Assembly: GCA_965637545.1 (NCBI GenBank)
Contig: OZ281500.1
Location: forward strand, 23,436,001-23,500,000
Origin: Phallusia mammillata
Taxonomy: Eukaryota
DNA: 64,000 bases
Direction: 5' to 3'
Positions within the stretch are counted from its first letter, which is position 1. Every line of letters starts with the position of its first letter. Made by a program: the position numbers and the translations under genes. The notes beneath the pieces were generated by a model. It worked only from the letters and a program-made list of their open reading frames with translations, was not told the DNA's origin and ran no database searches. Positions 12,401-27,400 of the stretch are shown one piece after another.

Positions 12401-15400
12401 TGCAGTTTAAGGATATTTTTTCATAAATATATTTTTAAACCACATACTTTTCCACCCAAAAATATGCAGCAGTAGTTGGTTTTCTACATTTATAGAAAAC
12501 ACGACATTATTCTTGGTGACAAGGAGTCAATAACCCACCTGGGTTCAAGGGTGAAGTTCACGATGGTGACCTTGACAGCGACCTCTGGTGTGTAATGTGG
12601 ATTGGGAAGTTTAGTTGTGATGTAAAGTTTGAAATCATCGTGGTATGGAATCACTGCGTCGCCAAGTTTGATCACAAGACCTCCCTGTTGCTTGAAAGTC
12701 TGTATGTGTGGAACAAATGTTAAGTCAGTATGTGGGAAAATAAGTTAGAAATAATACTATGGATAGGCTTGATGTTACTGTTTCAAAACACAATTTATTC
12801 AATAAATGTAATTGGAACATTCAAGCCAAAAGTAGAACCGCTTTTTTGTATTTTTAGGTTCAGTTTAAGCAGCAAAACATATTTATTTAGAAAATATAAT
12901 TACTTAAGACTAAGAAACAAGTAACATGTATACTTTATGTATGTTTAAGATTTTCATGTATTCAAATCCAAATTAGACATAAAAAGATAAATGCTAAGCG
13001 ATTATTTGGTCTTTTAAAAAACTGTAAAAAACACTTAGAAATTGAAATATATCAGCTTGGTTGTTTGTAATAAGATGAAAAATTGGAATTAGTATAAGAT
13101 AATTCAAATCACTACAAACTCGAACCTGTTTAAGTAGAATCGGTTCCAGCGCCGGATCGAGTTCTTCTAGAACATTCTCTAGTATCATTGGCTTTCCGAA
13201 TCTCACAGCATTCTCAAGACTTCTCAGGAAATCTCGGTCAGTCAACTTGATAGCGTCCAAACCGTTGTCTTTCTCCATACTTTTCACCCATTTGTTCGCC
13301 TGGGAAGGTAGGTAAGTATTGTTATTTAGATGTAAAGTGTAATTAGGAACGAAAACCGCTGTACTCGAATACTCGGCGAAAATTACCACAAGTGTTGCTG
13401 TATTTGAGTACCATAAACCAAGCGTCCCAGTACTCGGGTACTCGAAGGCGTGTACGACTGTCTTTCAGGACTCAAGACCATGGATATTGCTGTGCTTGAG
13501 TACGCAGCTCAGAGTAATGCCGTATTCGAGTACTTAGAGCTTATCGCTGTATTCTGAGACGAGTATTACTGTACTTGCAGTCGCAATACAATGATATTCG
13601 GGTAAAATAATCTTACCTGCCCTTGTGGATCGATGAATAATGGCCAACGTTGCGAATATTGGACGATTACTCCGTTTTCCACACTGAGGTTGTCACGTGG
13701 TAAGCCGTATATTTGCCAGTTCCTGATCTTCACGGGGTCGCCGAGTGTTGAGACGAGAGTAGGCGATTCGGTTCTTGGAACTTTGCAGTCGTCCAAGTGA
13801 CTCTTCCACTGATTGAGCAGACTTGCTCTGAACTCACCCTGTGTGACGTTGGCAAGCGTTTAAGTTGTGAATGATTACTGAATACTGAAAGTTGGCCGTG
13901 TTTTTGTTAGATTTGCAAATTTGTAAGTACTTACAATTTCCTTAAACCTGTCAGCCGGCTAAATGTTAGTTCAGAAAAACGCCAAACACTTTCGGTAAAA
14001 AAAATCTTTTAAAACCGTTTTTTTACGTTTGTATAAACGCTGTTGTCTATTATGCCAGGGACATTTAGGTAAACATCAAAAATATACAAAGGCATACTGG
14101 GACAGATCATTAGGTTTCAACATGAACCTTTTATCTTCAACAGAACGGTTGTATATTGCGCTCTAAAAGGAGTGAAGAATCGCAAATGGTTGGAAAAAGT
14201 GTAACTTCTAAAAAGTATAAAAAAGGTTTAAGAATGGAACAAAGATCGACAAGGCTTGTAAGTGGTGCCGAACTCGGGCTTAAAATTGAATTAAACATGT
14301 TTGATTCGGGCCTGAGTTCATTGTGTCACAGCACGTTGATTAATTTGCGCTTTAATGAAAAAAAAATCGGTTTTGTTCCCCAATTTTTGCCCAAATACTC
14401 TAGTTTTAACTAAATTTCAGTGACCAAAATCTTGGTCAAATAAAACAAACAAGAAAATCTCACCGTAAACGCTCCCAAGTAAGCCACAAAGCCAGCCGAT
14501 ACCATGACGTCACCGATGATATTGGCGATCATGTGATCAAGTGACGTCACGGTGTCATGCCAACGAATCTTTTCGTCGGCGAGTCCGTTGATGAGTTTGT
14601 CGGCGCGCACTAGGCGTTCCTCGCACAGTCGACATTTGTTTTCCAGTTCTTCCTTCTTGTTCACACCTGTGTTTAGATTTTGATACGCCGTGTAAATTTT
14701 TGGAAAATTTAATTTTGTATGTACAATAAACCACGTTAAACCGGATTCGGTTAATCCGGATCTTCGCCTAATCCGGACAAAGTTTTGGTTCATACGGGTC
14801 CGGATTAACCGAGGTTTACTGTAAGCGCAAACTACAAAGTGCAACCTGCGTTGGGATTCGAATCCATGCCGGAGACTATCTTAAGCTTATACTCATTAAC
14901 GGTATCCACAACAAAGTTTTCAACTTAATATTAACTTACAGAGCGTGTATTTCTCCTGCAGTGTCGCGATTCCGTCTTTTACTTCGTCCAACTTCGCTTT
15001 CGCTTCATCGAGGATCTTCTGGGTGGAAGCGAGATCATTTTGAGCTTCGGCCAATGCTGCTCGTTTTGGTGCGACGCCCTTTGCTACGAAGTGATACCTG
15101 GAAAACAGAACGTGAAATTTTAAAGCGAAGATACTTTAATAGGAGGCAGGCAACGGTGCTTGTGATTCGACTTTCGGCGGGTTAAACACTGAGCCTGTGT
15201 AGTTTAGTTTGTACCAGTCCCAAAAAGCTTCTGTCGTGGGTTCGAATCCCACCGAAGGCTAATTTTTTCTAGGTTATGCCTTTCCATTTGAGAATGCTTG
15301 GTAAACCGACTTGATTCAGTATGACCTCTTTAATAAGCCTGTCGTAATGTGATTTAAATACGGTGATCGCATAAACGTTTGTGTTGTGATCCCAGTTGGG

Positions 15401-18400
15401 ATTTTATGTTCTTTATAAAATAATGACTGGTCTTTTGGAGAACCCCTATTTCTAAGCTGACATATGCAGCATACGAGGCAAGCAACGGTGCTTGTGATTC
15501 GACTTTAGACGGGTCACCACTACTCCAGTATAGTTTAGTTGGTGCAGTGCGAAAATACTCCTGTCGTGGGTTGGAATCCCACCGCAGACTAGATTTTTCT
15601 AGCCTGTGCCTTGCCATATGGGATTGCTTGGTGACCGGCTTGGCTCGGTAATAACGCCTTTAATGATAAGCCTGGCGTATTTATATGAACGTGCCGTGCT
15701 CGCTAGTCTGCATAGACCACAGACGCTTAAGGGCAGATCCCAAGATTGAACTTAATATATTTTTAAATGATAACTGGTTAATCTGGTGATCCCCTACTAC
15801 GAAACTGACATGTGCAGCATACGAGGCAGGCAACAGTGCTAGTCATTCGACTTCCGGCGGATTCTCCGCTGAGCCTGTGTAGCTCAGTTAGTAGAGCGCA
15901 AGTCCCGGAAAAACTCCTGTCGCCAAACTCTTTTTTGACCAAATAAAACTGAACTCCAAGTCAAACATTTTCATGGTCACTTACTTATGCATAGCTCTGG
16001 CCCACTGACAGATAGATGTGCACGCTTTTGACACTTTGGCGATGGCGGCCGGCATAAAATCATCGTTCTCAATGTAGGGCTGGATTTTCTGAATCACCGA
16101 GTCGGGAATATTATCCTTGTCGTATTTGAAGAGGGATTCCAAAAACTACACGAAAAAAATAATTGCAGTTTTAACAATACCTGACTTAAAACAAGAATAT
16201 ATCAGATGGTTTCTTGGTGGATGAAGACTGTAATGAACCTTATATCCTAGGGTTGTTGGTTAAACTCCAGTTTATACAGCATTAGAATTATTCTTCACCT
16301 TTCTATTATTTTAATTTAATTTTAATTTTTATAATTTTATGTTTTTTTCTTCACGTTTTTTTATTTTTTGTTATTTATTACTATTTTTTATTTCACCTTT
16401 CCAGGGTCTTGCAGTAAAGCTTTTCCCGGTTCCCAGTAATCGTCAACTTTCGTTCCAATCTTTTCTCCCGCCACCTTCTTCGCTTTCACACCTTGCATGA
16501 TGCAAACCGCCTCAATCACCAACCTTACTCCCGCTGGAGGGCGCATCATCGCACGAACCTGGATTTTAACACTCGAATAAATGTTTGATTGGAATGGGCC
16601 AAGGCAAACCAAACGACTTTAGTGTCCAAGTACTCGGTACCGAGCATCGTTTTATTTACTCAAATGACACTAAAACATAAACTAACTATTTTTTTAAGTT
16701 TTGAAGGCAAAAGCGTTTGTTTTAAAAACACAACGTCCGCCTAAACCAATGCTTTGGATTTTCAGATACTAAATTGCTAGTTCTAAAGCGGCTTTTTCTC
16801 ACTATCATAACAAGCACACGTTTAAAAGTGTTTGTGGCCCACTTAAAATTCCTTCGTGATCCGCTACAAGGCCATGGCCCGCAGTTGGGAAACTATTGGC
16901 CTAAACCAGTGGTTCCCAGCCGGGAAGGAATTTTAAAACTTCAGGGGAGGAATTTACTTTAATTTGCACATATGGTTTGTAAATAGACACTTTAGCTCTG
17001 AGAATATAACCAATAAAGTTGATAAAAGGCCCATTTTTAAATTATATTTGTATGGATTAGCATCTACTATGTAGTCTAGTGGGGGAGGAATGAAAATGTT
17101 TTTTTTATGTGAGGAATTCGTCGATGAAGGTTTGGAACCTAAACAATTAACTTTACAATATCAAAAAAAAGGCAATCACCTCAGTAACGTCGTTCTTGTT
17201 GAGCGACTTGAGACTGGCGAGAGCGGCTTCGAGCGCGGGAAGAGCTTCGTCCAAATCCCGCTGAGCATCTGCGGCGATCGCCTGGGCCTTCTCCGCTTGC
17301 ACTGTGGCTTCTGCTTCCTGCTTGGAAACCACCTTCTCCGTTTCCTTGGCAACGATCTGCGACGGATGAGAGGAACGTGATTATACGAGAAACGCAAAAC
17401 GGTTATAACAAATTAAAGCAGTTTTAAGTCAATAATGCGGTAACTTTAATTCGGTTAATCGCATATTACGTCTAATTGCATGTGAATGTAAACCGGAGCC
17501 TTTTCGTTTCTTATTTGCTTATTTAAACAGAACCAATTCAGCTAAACGTTGACTCGTCCATTTCTCACCGTGTCTTTAGCAATTTGTTCCATGGTCGCTG
17601 CAGTTTCGGTGGCAGCATCTTCCAGCAGAGGGCGCATTGTCTCAAGTTCTTCCTGCATCTTTGCTACGTCATCAGCAGTACGGAGTAACTGGGACGACAT
17701 AATGTGTTGATTTTAATTATCGAAGAGTTTACTATAAAATGCATAAAAATAGTTGGTGGAGCATTTTTAAAACACATAAGAAATGTTATGGTTCCATATG
17801 TCTTGCAAAGGTGATAAAAGAGTAATATATTTTACAAAAAAAGGTCTAGGAGTAACGCTGCACAAACAGCAAGCAAAAATAAACAAGACTGTATTACCAT
17901 AGTTGAAGTGCATGGCAAAATCATGCAGTAACCTACGGCAGAACTTAAATTTACTTTACGAAACAAAACAAAGCCTCAAACTGGTTACACATCGTTTTGC
18001 CGCTTTTGTGATCGAATTACAGTAATATTTGACCCATCACGGCTTCATTCTCTAAGTTTTTATCAGTGATGTTGCATGAGCATTGCCTAAACTAGGCATG
18101 ACACACTTAACATTAATTTGGACCACTGCTTTCTTTTCAAATCGGAATTAACTTTATTTTTTGTCAGTTTTCTGAACAATCAACAAAATAACCGAACCTT
18201 ATCGAGCCCAATCTTCATCCTGTTCCGATTCGTCGAGAGTTCCTTGATTTTCATTCCGATCAGTTTACTGAAAATCCCCAACAGCTCGAGGTATGACGTA
18301 GGAGTTACGTAGTTGTGACGTGATAACTCGGCGAGGAAGAGTGTGGAAGTTTCAGCGACGGACTGGTGCATTGTCACGCACATTTCAACCATTCCTGATA

Positions 18401-21400
18401 GTAGGGAGAAAATCGTGTTTGATTGTTGGGGAATGAATTTAAATTGTTTGTTTGTTTGTTTACAGTAATTTTGACACAAACCTACATATAAACCTATTTC
18501 GACGTTAAAAAGTGACGTTATATTCCCTTTTCAACAAATTATGAGGTAAAATTGTTATAACATTAATACTCATTTGAGGATAAATATTTTATGTGAGGAG
18601 AAATATTAATGCATATTGCGCAACCCATTTCCAACAAAAACATGCCGTTTGTATACTTTCTGACTGTTTTGTTGGCAAAATACATGTTTATTAAAGTTTT
18701 AGCAGCAAACTGCGGCGAAATTGGTGAATATTTAAAATAAAAGTAAAAATTAAAAAAAATATATGACATTCTTTGGTAAACACGTTTCTCTAGTTACAAA
18801 TCCTAGAAAACAAAGCGAAAAATTAACACAAAAACATAAAAAACATATCCACCTTTCATAAGATCTTTATCCGAGGTGTCGATGTCGGTGATCTCGTTGA
18901 GGAACATCGTGGCTACGCTCTCTAGTGCCTCGTCTGGCCACTCGCTGAACCAGTCGATCGTGCAACACGTGATCAGTGACGGGAACATACGAAGTCGGGC
19001 CCGGAAAATCTCACCGATGGGACTGAGGAGTTAAGTAATGATTAAAAGACTTTGCATGCAGTGGTGGGATTTAAATTTTTTGTCAGTCGGTTCTGTTACA
19101 AAAAGTCCATTGACAGCAACCAGTAATGCTAACCGGTTCGCTGATCTCATAAAATTTCGTGAGACGGTTCTATAGAACCGGTGCGAACCGGTTGAATCCC
19201 ACCACTGTTTACTTGGTACAAATTATAACTAATAAATTTGCCTTGCATTTTTTCTCTATTATTTCGTGTATACGAAAAGTCTTTGAATAATATTACGTAG
19301 TTTGTAATGTGTTATGTAGCATTATGTCAAAATGCCAATTTTTAATTGTATGTTACACTTATTTAAAAAGTCTTGTAAAGCAAATATAAGAGAATTAAGT
19401 TCTTTGAAAAATGATGCTTTTAATGTAAAACATATCTTCAAACTTTTTCAAAGTTTTTAAATGACAAAATTCAGTTGGTTTTGGTAAAATACCTCTACCA
19501 GGTCTATTGTATTGCGATTCTCGTTGAAGTTACCCTAATTAAAGCATTAAATGTATTGACATATTAACACTCACCTCATACAGACGATCGTGTGCATGTT
19601 GGACTTGACGCGTTTCGTGAACGCATTGAATAAGTTCGACTTAGTTGGGGGAAGCCCCTGGTCCATTACTATCGGTTTCATGGCTCCGAATATATTGTCG
19701 AGGTCGTCGAGCGCGTAAATGTTCGGTACATCCCCCGAATTGAGAATGTTGTTTAAGTCCTAAGGAGGAAAATATTCAAGGAACTTAACTTAAGGATAAA
19801 TACAAACATAGGTTCATAAGGGAAAAGTTTTGAGCGTTACACAGGTAGTAATTAAAGTTAAACAAGGAGATAAGTAATCCCTCATGTTGTCAAAAAACAC
19901 AAGTAAACTTCAAATTGTGTACACTGTTTTCAGCCAACAATTTATTATCAGTGCAGCTTGTAAATCACTTTAGTTCCAAGCAGCTGCTTGGCCACTGTAG
20001 ATCAGTTCCTCTGAGAGTTTATCCCTACTGCGGCGTCTAAAATATTTGTTGAGACATGGCTTTTCAGCCTGTTGCCGTTAGATGGCTACACTAGCCTGTA
20101 TGGCCTTATGTCTTGTCACCAACTGCACTGGTAAGCCCTTTGGGTTTTTTAGTTGTTGTTTTTACTTTAATTGCTTTGTTGTGGTTTCAAAATACGTTTG
20201 TTTCCAGTGTTTCATGATTGTTTCGTTGACGTTTATCATTTACTTGTTACAATTCCGTTTCGAAATAAACACATGTATTATATATATTATAAAATAGTCA
20301 TTTTGTCAATGCATAAATTGACAAATGTCTCCACCAGACACACAAGTATACACTATTATCACCTCCAAGAACGATTCGCTTTTGATCTGTGTGTCGCTGA
20401 ACAGGAAAGTTATGGGTTGACTTTGCAGTCCAGCTTTCAACATACAACGTTTAATGTCTTCTCGCCATTCAGTGACACCGTAATTCTTCGCCAGTTCAAT
20501 CTGGAAAAGCTCATAATCGGCCCTGCCAAGAAACAAAAATTTGTTGCATTTTATCGACGTAGGTCGACGAAAGAATGATAGGATGCTTTACTTTATAGCT
20601 GTGCAAACGTTTTTATTATGATGAAAATATCACAAAAGTTCATATGATCATCACATATCATGAAACTATCACCATATGACTTTAACATTATCAAATGAGA
20701 TCAAATCATCGTTACATGACATCAAATCATTATCTTATGAGATCAAATGATCATCACATGAGATCAAATCATCGTCACATGACATCAAATCATTATCTTA
20801 TGAGATCAAATGATCATCACATGAGACCAAATCATCGTCACATGAGATCAAATCATTATCATAAGAGATCAAATAATCATCACATGAGATCAAATTATCG
20901 TCACATGACATCAAATCATCGTTACATGACATCAAATCATTATCATATAAGACTAAATGATCATCACATGAGATCAAATCCTCGTTATATGACTTTAAAT
21001 CATCACCACATACTGTTACACAATTCACGATTGACATCGTACGACATCATGTGATTATCACACCAGATCAGATGACTATTTATCACATGACACCAGCCAA
21101 CTCACATGTGAGTAGCCAGTCGTGATAAACTCTGTCTTCCGCTCCCTCCTACTCCCAGGAGCAGAGCGTTGCCGAGAGGTTGTCGGATGATTCTTGAGAT
21201 CCTGCAAACATGCTGCACTGCATCCACGAAGAGTACCAACTTCATCTGTGCCGTGTTCACTTGATTGTAATCCTCAAGAAACTCTTCCATGATTGAGGTC
21301 ATCTGGAAGTTGCAAAGTGATCATGAGAAATGTAGTGGTTTATGAAAAATTGTGTAATAAGTTGAACACAAATAAAATTGTTGTGTTATAACAGCTAAGT

Positions 21401-24400
21401 TTATTCTCTTAACTTTATTTTTCGATTTTGCTTGGTAAGTTTGAATTCGTTTTTCGTCATTTATTTGTTTTCAATAGGCCATGATTTGTGTTTGACTAAA
21501 TCGGTAAAGTGACACAGACTTACTATGTTATTTACAACTTTATTAGCTTTCGCAATAGTAAAATTGCATTAAAATGTCAAAAGGCAGAAGCTTCACACAT
21601 TAACGGAACCGCCCGAAGTATCTTATACCTTCTGATAATCGTCGATGTAGTTGTAGAGTTTTGCGTCTGAGCTCGTATTCAGGAAATCACCGAAAAGAAC
21701 CGGTTTGGTCGGTAGAACTTCATCGATGTCAAGCTGTGGAAAAAAAAGTGATTGCAAAACTACACGTTTCTGGTTGTTTAACTTAACTCCCCCCAATTGT
21801 CAATAAATGACTAGCTTGAATAGGGTGAATAAAATACAGCGTACCTTTCAAACACCAAAACCTTTTTGAAAAATACGAAGATGAATTTAGTTATAATATC
21901 TTTTAAATCGACAAAAAAATTGGTGAAATAACTTGCACCATGGACAATTTCTAAGATGAAATCATTGTTTCAAGCCTTAACCAACATCGCATTTTGTGTA
22001 TTTAGAGATCGTTTAAAATCAACAAGCTGTCAAGATGTAGAAAGAATACAAAGCCAATAACACACACGAAAGTAGCCACTACAGGCAAAGCGGGAATGAA
22101 TGCGGTACAATTAACGATACACGTGATTGTGGAATGCGGGAACGCGATTCTCTGCCTTGAGGATAGAACACGAAGCGTGACCACAACAAAACCTTTGAAA
22201 CCTAATTTGAAGTTCGTAGCATTGTCAAGAAAATACATTTGGGGGTTACCAAGGGGCTGTCTATAAAACCTTACAAACTGGGTATTCCGCTTTAGACAGG
22301 TAATCTTGCAGTTGTATTATTACCTTAAATCTTTCTTTGATGTTGGATTCAAGTTGATCGGAAAACCAGTTCCTGTCTTCAACGCTGACGAGTCGATCCT
22401 GGAAAACCCTGCAACTCTCGTGATACCAAAGTCGCATCAGCATTTCACGAGACTGGAGAGGAAAATATGTTGAGTTGAGTTTATTTCGCTTGGTGGAAGA
22501 CACATAAAAACACAATTGCACTAAAACAGTCACCAAGCCGGAAATAGCTGCGCAACGTTAAGACGTTATGGTGCGCAAAACAGTGAAGGGCACAATTGGT
22601 GAATCATGACTAAACGCGCTGCAGTTACACCGTATTATAAAGCGTTATGTGGCAGGAGTTCACCAGAAAGTGATTTGGCGCAATATTAAAAAAATAAAAA
22701 AATATTAAAAAAAAATTTGATGTTACATTTGCATTAAGATAAATAATGCTTTCCGTCAAAAAAAAATCTTTTTCAATCACTTTAAAACTAGATTACTCTT
22801 TCCACCTAATTTGAATAGATAAAATATTATTATCCATGTACTGGGGTTTGAACCCATAAGCTCTCGACTTACATCGATCTTGGTGACTTCCATCATCAAC
22901 ATTCCTTGGAAGACTTTTGACAAATCTCTCAAGTTGAATGTGTAGTGAGATTTGGCGGGAGTGGGGAGCAGCTGCGTGGTTATGACGTCATAAACCTTGA
23001 CTGTTGCGTCAACAAGCTCCTTGCCGAGATCTCGGATGTCTTCTGGCGCCGGAGCTGGATGAGGATCAGAAGAAAATTATAGAAGAGCTAATTGGGATTA
23101 ATTATGAATGCGAAACAACTAAAACAAAAGCTTGATTTGTTTGTTGAAATACCAGCATGCTCAATATTGAGATGATATTATCTATACAAGCTAAAACTGT
23201 ATTAGGTTTATTGTTCTTTAAAATAGTCATTGGCATGAGTTTTTTGCCGAACCTTGGTTTGCAGCAGTTTGGTGAAATGGAACAATGCCCAAATAGTTAG
23301 GATTATAACACGATTAAAGCCATAAAAAGCAAAAAATATATAAACCAACTATTTTGACAAGCAAAGGTATACCAAACTATTTTGGTATTTTTACAATGCT
23401 TTGGGGTAAATTCAAAATTACCCTCACACATAAATACACTCTTATTCTTTAACTTGTTGTTTAAGCCGAAAAAGAACAAATAATTTTAAAAGGTACATAA
23501 AGCAAACGATTAAAAGTCTTTAATAAAATTATAACACATAATTATAGGGTAACACTAATTCGAAAGAAAATCAAAAAACAGTTCAAGACATGTTTTGATT
23601 TGACATCCGCGATTAAACACCACCATGGAGCCGTAGATAAAATGGAATTGAATGAATTGATGAAGCTTGATATGAATAAAATAAATCAAGCAGGATGTTT
23701 TAAAGCAAATAAAAGCAGTGCCTGGATCTCGCTATGACGAAGCCTTGTATTCCAAAACACATCTTCGTAACTGTTATAACACCGAAGTACATAGATGACT
23801 GTGCCACTTTTTAATTATTAAACTAAAGGCAGCATTAGTTTTTAATGTTTTTGCTTGAGCATGATTCCTAAACTAGACTCTTTCTCTGGTAAATGTTTAA
23901 TAACTTCTGAATAAAAATGCTAATCTCGGCTACCATCAAGCGGTCTTTTCGTTTGTCTAATATCAGGCTCTTTCTATTTTCCAAAATTACTGTCAAATTT
24001 AGTGGTCATAAATGGTATTTGTAACTTTCAACCCTTTTCACCCACATCTGTTTAATACTGACAAGAATAAGTTGTATTTAAATCTGACAAAACTTCTGGT
24101 CTACAACATAGGTTTTTGTGTAAGGTCTAGGCTGGTTTATATTCTGTTTGATTTTAGTAATTCTGAACTACAGCTTAATTTGTAACCTCAACCCCAAAGT
24201 TTTTTTTGCATGATCTTGCACGTTCACACTGATTCAATACTCACTCATATGGCTGATAATGCTCCTTGCGCCTCCTGCAGTGAAAATAAGAACAGTATTG
24301 GTTAACATTGGTTATATCGAACCTAACAAACAGCGAACGTGACGAATTTAACAACAGTCCATTGGGGATTCTTGCATTTAAAAAATGACCAAAATTTTGA

Positions 24401-27400
24401 ATCAGGATTTAAACTTTAGATCAGTGTTCGAGTTTTATGTGGTGAAACGTTTGGCGTTGAAGTCTTCGCTTAAATTATGTATTAAAGTTTTGCTTACTTG
24501 AAACTATGAGCAAAGTATTTAAATGTAAGACAATTTTTTGTTAATTAAAGTTTACTTTCTTTTGCTGTGATACATAAAAGAGAGATAAAAAGATACTTGT
24601 AAAAAAACAGCTTCCATAAAGCTTGAATTGTTGGAAATAGACTTCGGTTTGCAATAAAATGTTTCCTCTACAATTCAAGTTCTTATGTTTTAACAAATAT
24701 TGGTTATAACTTTTAACCAGTGGTGGGATTCAGCCGGTTCGCACCGGTTCTATAGAACCGTCTTACGAAATTTTATGGGATCAGCGAACCGGTTAGCATT
24801 GTAACTGTCAATGCATTTTTTGCAACAGAACCGGCTAAAAATGTGACTTTTGTGATAAAATCGGCTGACAAAAAATTTGAATCCCACCACTGATTATAAC
24901 GGTAGTCATGCTTCGGGCCTAACACAAATTTTAGAGTTTTTATGCAACAATTTGATCATACTTAGCCAGCTTCCGACAATGGTTGTGAAAATTCTCGACT
25001 TGCTATCGCTTTCAATCTCCGTGCACGTTAAGTAGTTGAAGTGACGTAGGAATCGGGCGGTGATGGGGTTTCTACCGCCCCCTGGTGGACCCATTGCGCA
25101 CACGAATGCGATGTCAACCAGAGTACGGAAAGATCCTGAGAAAAAAAAACGCTGTTTTAACTTAATGCCGTTTTTTACAAGTCTGTAAAAAGGCTACCAG
25201 GAGTACTGTCATTTCGCAATTGTTGACCATATAACAAGATAAAAAGTTTAATCATGAAGTTTTTTTGTAAATACCTAGATTTAAAAAAGTGCAGTTGTTG
25301 TAAAATAAAAATGTATCTGTTCATCTTACAATATGTGTCCGATTTCAGCAAAAAGGTAACAGTTGTTAACACTATGTGTAAAATTTTCACAATGTAAAAA
25401 ATAAGCATTCATCCGGCGTAATTTTGTTTCGATAACTCGCGGTCCTATATTGATTATATGTTCCTCCCCTAACAAGCAGTTCATTCAGCAATGGAAGTGT
25501 AACTATAAATGAGATTATGTTATTCCTGTGAAACTTGCATTAAGAGCAATTACAGTACACCAGGCCTGTTAAAGGCGTAATAGGCTAGAAAAATCTAGCT
25601 TGCGGTGGGATTCGAACCCCCGACACTAGCCTTTCCGGGACTAACTGAGCTACACAGGCTCAAGAGCAACTATGTTATATTTTTTCCAGTAGGTGGCAGC
25701 ACATCACTCACCGATGGCTTTCCTGTCGTACCAGCCATTGTGGTCCATCCACTGTCTGAGCAATTCTATTGGAGGTTGAGCCCCGTATTTCTCCAATGCT
25801 GGCATGTTTAGATCGTCGATGAAAAACACAGCGTATTTTCCGAGTGGTGGCGCAAACACGCCTTTGCGACGTTTGTCCAATTTGCCGTCAATCAAATCCT
25901 TCAAAGATAGAAAGAGATACAATAACGAACAAGCTTAAAAACGTGAGAAACTTGGCGTTATCTGTAAATACTTGAAAGAGGCAGACAGCTTAAGAACCTT
26001 GTTTCAGCTTAACCGATTTTTTGGGAGTATAATAATAACAAAGCAGCAGTGCGTTTTTGAAACAGTCGTTTTTAAATAAAGTTTAATATATCTTAGCTGC
26101 TGCAATTTTAACTACGAAAACGATTGTATCTGGTTTCAATAGATCTTAATTGTTGAACAATGTCTACATTAAAAAATACATTCAATTTGTTAAGTTTAAA
26201 GAAAGCTGAAATTGCAACGTACTTGTATTTGGTTTGCGGATGTTTTCGCGGAGAACATGAGAAAGTTTGGAATATAGTCTGTTGGCATTCCCTTGAGCAG
26301 CTTCTCGGCAAGTACAACAGTTTTACCGGTTCCTGTCGGACCCACAGTCAACACCTAAAAAGAGTAAAAATCACCCATTTAAGTTACTGCGTAAAATCAA
26401 ACCACGAACAAAACTAACAGGAGGTTTTTTAAGTTTAAACTTTTCAACATTTAATGCGATACTTTGGCTAGCTTATGATATAGCACAGCAAAACGGAATG
26501 TTGGTTTAAAACAGCTAAGCGCATTTTTTCTTTCGACGAGTTTCAAGATCTGTGCTTGTAAAAGTTCATGTATTTTCGCAACGCAATAGCAAAGCGAAGT
26601 ACCAAATCATTGTAACGAACTATTCAGAAAACATCTAAGTTAAAGCAATTACACAACAAAATACATTAACAACATCACTTGTATCTCCACAGAACAGATA
26701 ACAGTCAAGCAATAAGCATGATTTGTACTTATGCATCTTTATAACTTTGTTTTGATTCACCGACCTGTTTCTTGTGCATGACGAGCATCTCTAATAGCAG
26801 TGACGTCCTCACAGTGTCGATGGTTGGAACTATGATGTCAGCATAAGGAGTGGATGGGGTGATCTCAAACTGGGGAGCGCTGTCCATCCAACTCTTCCAT
26901 CGGATCTGAAGACAGAGGATTGAAAATGTAGGAATAACAACAAGTCTCTTTGTTGCATAGGATCTTAACTGGTAGTTAATGAAGCTTTAACGTGTTTTGG
27001 TGGCAAATATCAGGAACATAAAATGGGTCTGTCGGATTAGTGTGTTCGGAAACTTGAGGTCATTATTTTATTGTTTGTCAATAAATGCATTTGTATGTAA
27101 TCGAAGGTGGTAGTATAATTAAGAAACATGTAATTTATATTTTTATTTAAACATGCCAGGTCCTACATTGAATCTTATCTAATTGATAAGGCGTTTTATA
27201 AACCAATGTTTGTGCATATTTTACCCTATTGGTTGATACACTGGAAGTTTTTCTACCTCTTGCGATCCAGCTTTTGCCGTTTCTTCGTCATCGTCCGCGT
27301 CACCGGGGGCTTTTTTGTTGGTAATCCCCGCATCGTCAAGTTGGTAATCGTAAGGGAGACCGTGCTCAGGAAATTGAAGTTTAATCTGAAAAGAATTGAC

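Noticed and set aside
20695-21009. CRISPR-like array (also considered for 63695-63960)
   Set aside because: Units are contiguous with no unique spacers, there are no cas genes, and the context is eukaryotic intron.
26223-26240. ANQIQ instead of the usual ANQTQ in AAA3, and GPTCSGKT in AAA2
   Set aside because: Single substitutions outside invariant positions; the P-loop consensus GxxxxGKT is intact. They could be polymorphisms.
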